Shown in pieces: positions 29,582-33,367 of a DNA stretch of 33,367 nucleotides. Both the position numbers and the translations under genes were made by a program. This DNA is from Nemertoderma westbladi. Its lineage: Eukaryota; Animalia; Xenacoelomorpha. How positions within the stretch are numbered: position 1 is the stretch's first letter; the number at the start of each line of letters is the position of its first letter. The stretch is from positions 1 to 33,367 of the forward strand of contig JAUCBJ010004286.1 in assembly GCA_032718475.1 (NCBI GenBank), in the 5' to 3' direction. The notes beneath the pieces were generated by a model. That model was not told where the DNA came from, ran no database searches, and saw nothing but the letters and a program-made list of their open reading frames with translations.

Positions 29582-30874
29582 TTATGATTGAACTTCTGCA
29601 GGAGTTTCCTCAGCGGCTGAAGGCCCGTTAGAAACCTCGGGTTTACGGGATTCCCCAGAAACGATAGCCGAAAACATCTTCGTATACATCGCTTTACTTC
29701 GCTCCTCTTCCTTACGGATGTTAACCTCACAGATATTCTTCTTATTCTTGGCGGCTTTGTTATCGGGGTCTAGTTGAAGGACTCTGTGGTAATCGTGGAC
29801 GGCTTGATCGTAATCCCTTCTAGCGTACCGGGCTTCCCCTCTTCTGTAGTAACCCTTGATGTTGTCTCGATCTATAGCTAAAGCTTCATCGCATTCCTCC
29901 ACAGCTTCGGCTTCCCTGTTCGCTTTTATGTAACACATAGCGAGGTTGAGATGCAACGCAACCATTAGATTGTTGTGCTTAGCTTTCTCGGATTCTTTAT
30001 CAACAGTAGCAGCGGATGCGTAATCTTTAGCCTTCTTATAGAACTGTATAGCGTTCTCAATATGGCCGTCCTTAAAGTATTTAGTCCCTTTGACCTTGAA
30101 TGCCTCGGCGTAGTTAAGTTTCTCTGCTTCATCGAGTTCCCAGGATTCTTTGTTCTGTTCCATCTCTAGGAGTTCCACCCGGTATTGTATCGGCTTCCCT
30201 GATTGCACACCCAACTCTGTGTGCCCGCTGTCGCCCCATCCCTGCGAGGAATCTATGTCCAACTCAACCACCTCCCCCGGTTTCATCTTCCCTATGCCGC
30301 GCTCCAACCCCCGACAGATCTGCTGCTCAACCCCCTCCCCGAACTCGAACTCAACCTCTCGGTCGTCGAACACTTTCCCATCGACTTTCCCGCACAGTTT
30401 AACCCTGAGTTTCGCCCCGGTGTTAGGCATTTTAAAGCCGCTTCCACGTCGAACAAGGTGCTTAATAATACTCCCATCACCGTCCTCGCTTATATCCTCA
30501 CCTTTAATCCCTAGTAACTCAACTTCGAAGATGAGCGTCGCTTTCGGCGGTATTTTAGGCGGCGATCCTTTATCGCCGTACCCGTAGTCGGATCGGATCG
30601 TAAAGGTCGCCAACTCCCCCAACCCCATGGTCGCAACACCCTCGTCCCACCCCTTTATTACGCTGCCCCCGCCGATCTCAAACTCAAAGGTATCGTCGCG
30701 TTGACGACTCGAATCGAAGACCTCCCCATTCTCGAGTTTACCTACGTAATGGACCGTGACTTTATCGCCCCCTCGGGGTTTATTGTCTGGGTCTCCCGCC
30801 CGGAGAATCGTCTTTGTTATTCCGCCGTCTTGCGCTTGCGTCACATCAACTTCGCTTTTGGTTTCATCCGCCAT
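29582..30874 (-). CDS. FKBP4: FKBP-type peptidyl-prolyl isomerase / Hsp90 co-chaperone (FKBP4/FKBP59-like), 430 aa, single coding exon
   Basis: FK1 domain VTVHYVGKLENGEVFDSSR..VIKGWDEGVATM..YGYG..GSPPKIPPKATLIFEVELL, a second FKBP-like domain, three TPRs (KGTKYFK, HLNLAMCYIK, KGYYRRGEA) and a C-terminal YTKMF helix. Confidence 0.95.
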   Translation of the reverse strand: MADETKSEVDVTQAQDGGITKTILRAGDPDNKPRGGDKVTVHYVGKLENGEVFDSSRQRDDTFEFEIGGGSVIKGWDEGVATMGLGELATFTIRSDYGYGDKGSPPKIPPKATLIFEVELLGIKGEDISEDGDGSIIKHLVRRGSGFKMPNTGAKLRVKLCGKVDGKVFDDREVEFEFGEGVEQQICRGLERGIGKMKPGEVVELDIDSSQGWGDSGHTELGVQSGKPIQYRVELLEMEQNKESWELDEAEKLNYAEAFKVKGTKYFKDGHIENAIQFYKKAKDYASAATVDKESEKAKHNNLMVALHLNLAMCYIKANREAEAVEECDEALAIDRDNIKGYYRRGEARYARRDYDQAVHDYHRVLQLDPDNKAAKNKKNICEVNIRKEEERSKAMYTKMFSAIVSGESRKPEVSNGPSAAEETPAEVQS

Positions 30875-31327
30875 TATATATATATATATTGAACTGTAGA
30901 AAATGATTTACAAATTTATGAAGATTAGTCTACCTTAACAGTAGTCTACAGTTCTAGGCAGCTAGGAATAACATGAAATACAGAAATAACCTGTTTTAAA
31001 TGTTTGGAGTACAGGGGTACCGGTATCGCGGTATCTACAAGAGTACACACTAACAAGCTACCGGTAAGCTTACTGCTAAGCCTATCACCTATAGGTAACA
31101 TATACAGATATAACTCTGTAACTCCATCTGTCCATTGGTGGTACCGGTAAGGCTGACCCTGACGTGTGGCTAAGCCACAAGAATTCCTAGTTCCCAAACT
31201 GGCAAGTCCCTAAAAGGTGCCACCCTGCTCCATAGCGTGGGAAATTCAAATGACTGAAAGACATGTAATTTGTACTGGAAATGGAAAGGGGGCAGATCAG
31301 ATCTGCCACTATATTTTGGTGTAAGAC

Positions 31328-31913
31328 AGTAAGACTAATGTAATTAATTCATTGAATCAGAATTTTATTTCTTATCGGTTTTACAGTTTTACTCACTCAT
31401 CCGTTATTGTTGTTATTTTATCTAGTCTGGGACTTCGAGCAGCACGTGAAAAACACAACTAAGCTGACTGGTTAACGAGTAAACTAATATAATCAGATAA
31501 TAATAATACTAATTTATATACTATGTACTATATACCAGTATACTATATAATAATCTGATAATACTGTAATATAATTATAAACTAATGGGTCTTTCTAGGA
31601 GCGAATTGACCAACACTTACCATCAACCTTAACTGCAATACGATTACAGGATTAGGTTTATTAAAGTATAAAACTTGCTGACTTGCTCGCGAGTGAATTA
31701 TGTTCATATTCTTGGCTCTCGAACTTTGAACTTGGTAGGCCTACAGACTGAAGTCCCAAGACTAGTTAACCAGTCAGCTTACAGGCTTAGTTGTTCACGT
31801 TCACTGCTCGAATCCCCAGAATCGATAAAACAACAACAATAACGGATGAGTGAGTTCAACCGATAAGACAATTTTTTTCTGATTCAATGAATTACATTAG
31901 GCCTAGTCTTACT
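31328..31913. mobile_element. ~590-bp foldback/MITE-like element with ~150-bp imperfect terminal inverted repeats
   Basis: 31328-31480 (AGTAAGACTA..AATTCATTGAATCAGAA..ACTCACTCATCCGTTATTGTTGTT..TAAGCTGACTGGTTAAC) is the reverse complement of 31760-31913. Confidence 0.82.
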
Positions 31914-32109
31914 CTATTCCAGTATTCATGTACTGCAGTGAATGCGCCATAGCCATTACAGCATTATGCTAAAATTTCCCTATACTGCTATAGGGAAATG
32001 AAAGTTTCCATAAAGGGAAATTTTAAAATTTCCCTATTGGGCTAATTTCCCAGACTGACTGCTGTACTGTACTACAGTCCAGCAGTCAGACAGTACAGTT
32101 AGGTACAAT

Positions 32110-33232
32110 GGCCAAATCTGGCAATGATTGTGATTGCCATATTTGGCAACCAAGCAAAATCTGGAAACATTTCTGATTGCCTGATTTGGCAACTATATAA
32201 AGCCGTTGTTGCCATATTTGGCAACTTAACTAACTCATTGAATATGGCTTATATGGTTCTGCGTCATTAAGTCCTTCTATGGCAGTATGGTCATTCCTTA
32301 GATCCTGAAATGTTAATGTTAGGCCTAGAAAAAAGGGATAGGGCCAGGTTACAGCGACAGGTTATACTTATACCGGTAGTGGCATATTCTAAGTTCTAAC
32401 CAATACAGCAATATATCCTAATAAAGGAGGTGAGAATGAGAGTCAATAACACAAACACAGACTGACTGGTGATAGTTTATTTTTGCTAGTAATCTCTGGC
32501 GCTGCTTGGGGAGGTGGTTGATTGTTGTTTGTACCAATAATAGTTTAGTAGTTAAAGATTATAACTGTGTAATGCTGATACAATTGCCCAGCAATCTAAA
32601 TCATCCTTCTACTCTTATATCAGTTCAGTATATCTATCTTTCCATTCCTACATCAGTACATAACATAACATTCAGACATAAAATGAAAATAATTTCATCC
32701 CGTTTTCATTAGGCTTGTTAGGGCCTACTAGAAACAATTTGGTTGAATCCCTTAACACGCGTTTTGGTTTTCTCAGTCTTTCTAAATTTTGACACTATTT
32801 TTCTTCTGTCACGCCGTTTCTCAAACTTTAATGCCCCCTTGCCTTCTTGCTTCCTTTTGGTGATGTTCACGTTCTGACGTTGTCAAATATTATTACGTTT
32901 ATTTCCATTTCAGCCTTTGAAGCATGTGATTCTTTAGTTTTGTGTATGCCTATACCATATACCAGTCTACCAGTACGGTATCTGTTACAGATCTTTTTGT
33001 CATCTTTCCATAACATATTAACAACATATCAAACAGTCAAATACATTCTGACATTTCATCAACTAATGTTTTGTTTATAAATCATCACAACTCGACAAGG
33101 GTAAGCAAGAAGTAAGCAATTTTGAAGTAATTTACAATGACAGAGTTACTGACAGGGCTGCACAATGATAATTGTTGCCAAAAATGGCAACCATTAATTT
33201 TCTTTAATTCCAATGGTTGCCAAAAATGGCAA
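32110..33232. repeat. Two clusters of the short palindromic motif TTGCCA-N4-TGGCAA, probably DNA-transposon subterminal repeats
   Basis: Copies at ~32110-32225 and ~33174-33232; element boundaries are not resolved. Confidence 0.45.
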
Positions 33233-33367
33233 TAATTATTTTAGGCACATTTCGGCCTATTGCTAAGAGAAATTCAGACGATGATTTTTTTTCTTATACG
33301 GTCAATTTTATTTAAATTTCGCGCTCTTTTCACTTACCTATTTACCAAAATGCGATTTTGCTTCTGG

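Noticed and set aside
29975-30892. ORFs overlapping FKBP4
   Set aside because: Antisense or alternate-frame shadows of a GC-rich CDS.

Overview
Eukaryotic genomic DNA, most likely from an invertebrate animal (GT-AG introns, satellites, eukaryotic transposons). Four host genes are present: a six-exon SLC14/UT urea transporter (+, 5604-9320) whose first intron holds a 5'-truncated CR1-group LINE, a two-exon ISOC2-like isochorismatase-domain gene (-, 9824-11262), an uninterrupted BC-box/LRR ORF (+, 13418-15028) and an uninterrupted FKBP4/FKBP59 ORF (-, 29582-30874). There are three satellite arrays (26, 50 and 32 bp units), several MITEs and two Helentron-like non-autonomous elements. The most unusual object is a young 9.6-kb BEL/Pao-derived LTR element (-, 17008-26632) with 1187-bp near-identical LTRs and an AGCTT target-site duplication, nested inside an older inverted-repeat element. 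It keeps an 830-aa Gag ORF but has no protease, RT, RNase H or integrase. It carries a second, unidentified ~530-codon ORF with two CCHC knuckles, broken by two 1-nt frame slips. It lacks a TGG tRNA primer-binding site; the 11 nt after the 5' LTR are instead exactly complementary to an 11-mer inside the LTR, a layout reminiscent of Tf1-type self-priming. All identifications come from reading motifs by eye; no searches were run.
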